Shown here: positions 5,537 to 5,683 of the stretch, piece by piece
How the letters are laid out: every line of letters begins with the position of its first letter
How positions within the stretch are numbered: the stretch's first letter is position 1
NCBI GenBank assembly: GCA_000388065.2
Contig: KB932207.1
Source of the DNA: Fonticula alba ATCC 38817
Taxonomy: Eukaryota; Protista; Nucleariida
Reading direction: 5' to 3' (one strand)
Length of the DNA stretch: 5,683 nt
Translations under genes and position numbers: made by a program
The notes under the pieces: model-generated
What the model was told of the DNA's origin: nothing
The model's input: the letters and a program-made list of their open reading frames with translations, nothing else
Databases searched by the model: none

Positions 5537-5683
5537 GTAATTCCGACATGGCGAGGCCGGGGCTCCTGTGCGTGTGTGCGCTCGGTGCCCCTTGCGTTCG
5601 GCCGGGCGAATCGACCGGCGCCTCGACGGGTTCCTGGAGGGCGGGGGGGGAAGAGGGAGGAACAGGGGGAGGACAGGGAGAGG

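Noticed and set aside
1-5683. CRISPR array, tRNA/rRNA gene, prophage or bacterial operon
   Set aside because: No regularly spaced repeats, cloverleaf structures or rRNA-like segments. Spliceosomal introns show the sequence is eukaryotic nuclear DNA.

Overview
GC-rich, intron-containing eukaryotic genomic DNA, probably from a microbial eukaryote (the organism cannot be identified from the sequence). It comes from a draft assembly with two 10-N gaps (3102-3111, 4300-4309). The main feature is a + strand ABCG (White-family) half-transporter. I reconstruct five exons (753-1064, 1118-1786, 2003-2185, 2494-2849, 2952-3092; 553 codons) with intact NBD motifs and about four TM helices. The expected last TM region is not visible and probably lies in the first gap. 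Upstream is a coding-like ORF of unknown family (67-650). Removing a canonical GTATGT...CAG intron (651-721) joins it exactly in frame to the ABCG ATG. If that intron is retained, the ORF instead stops on a TGA overlapping the ABCG ATG (ATGA). A 34-bp piece of this ORF recurs exactly at 4266-4299, at the start of a coding-like terminal exon (4269-4418) and abutting the second gap, so the ABCG lies between two related fragments. The rest is intron or intergenic sequence rich in CT/GT microsatellites and poly-C/G runs. No RNA genes, CRISPR arrays or transposases are recognisable.
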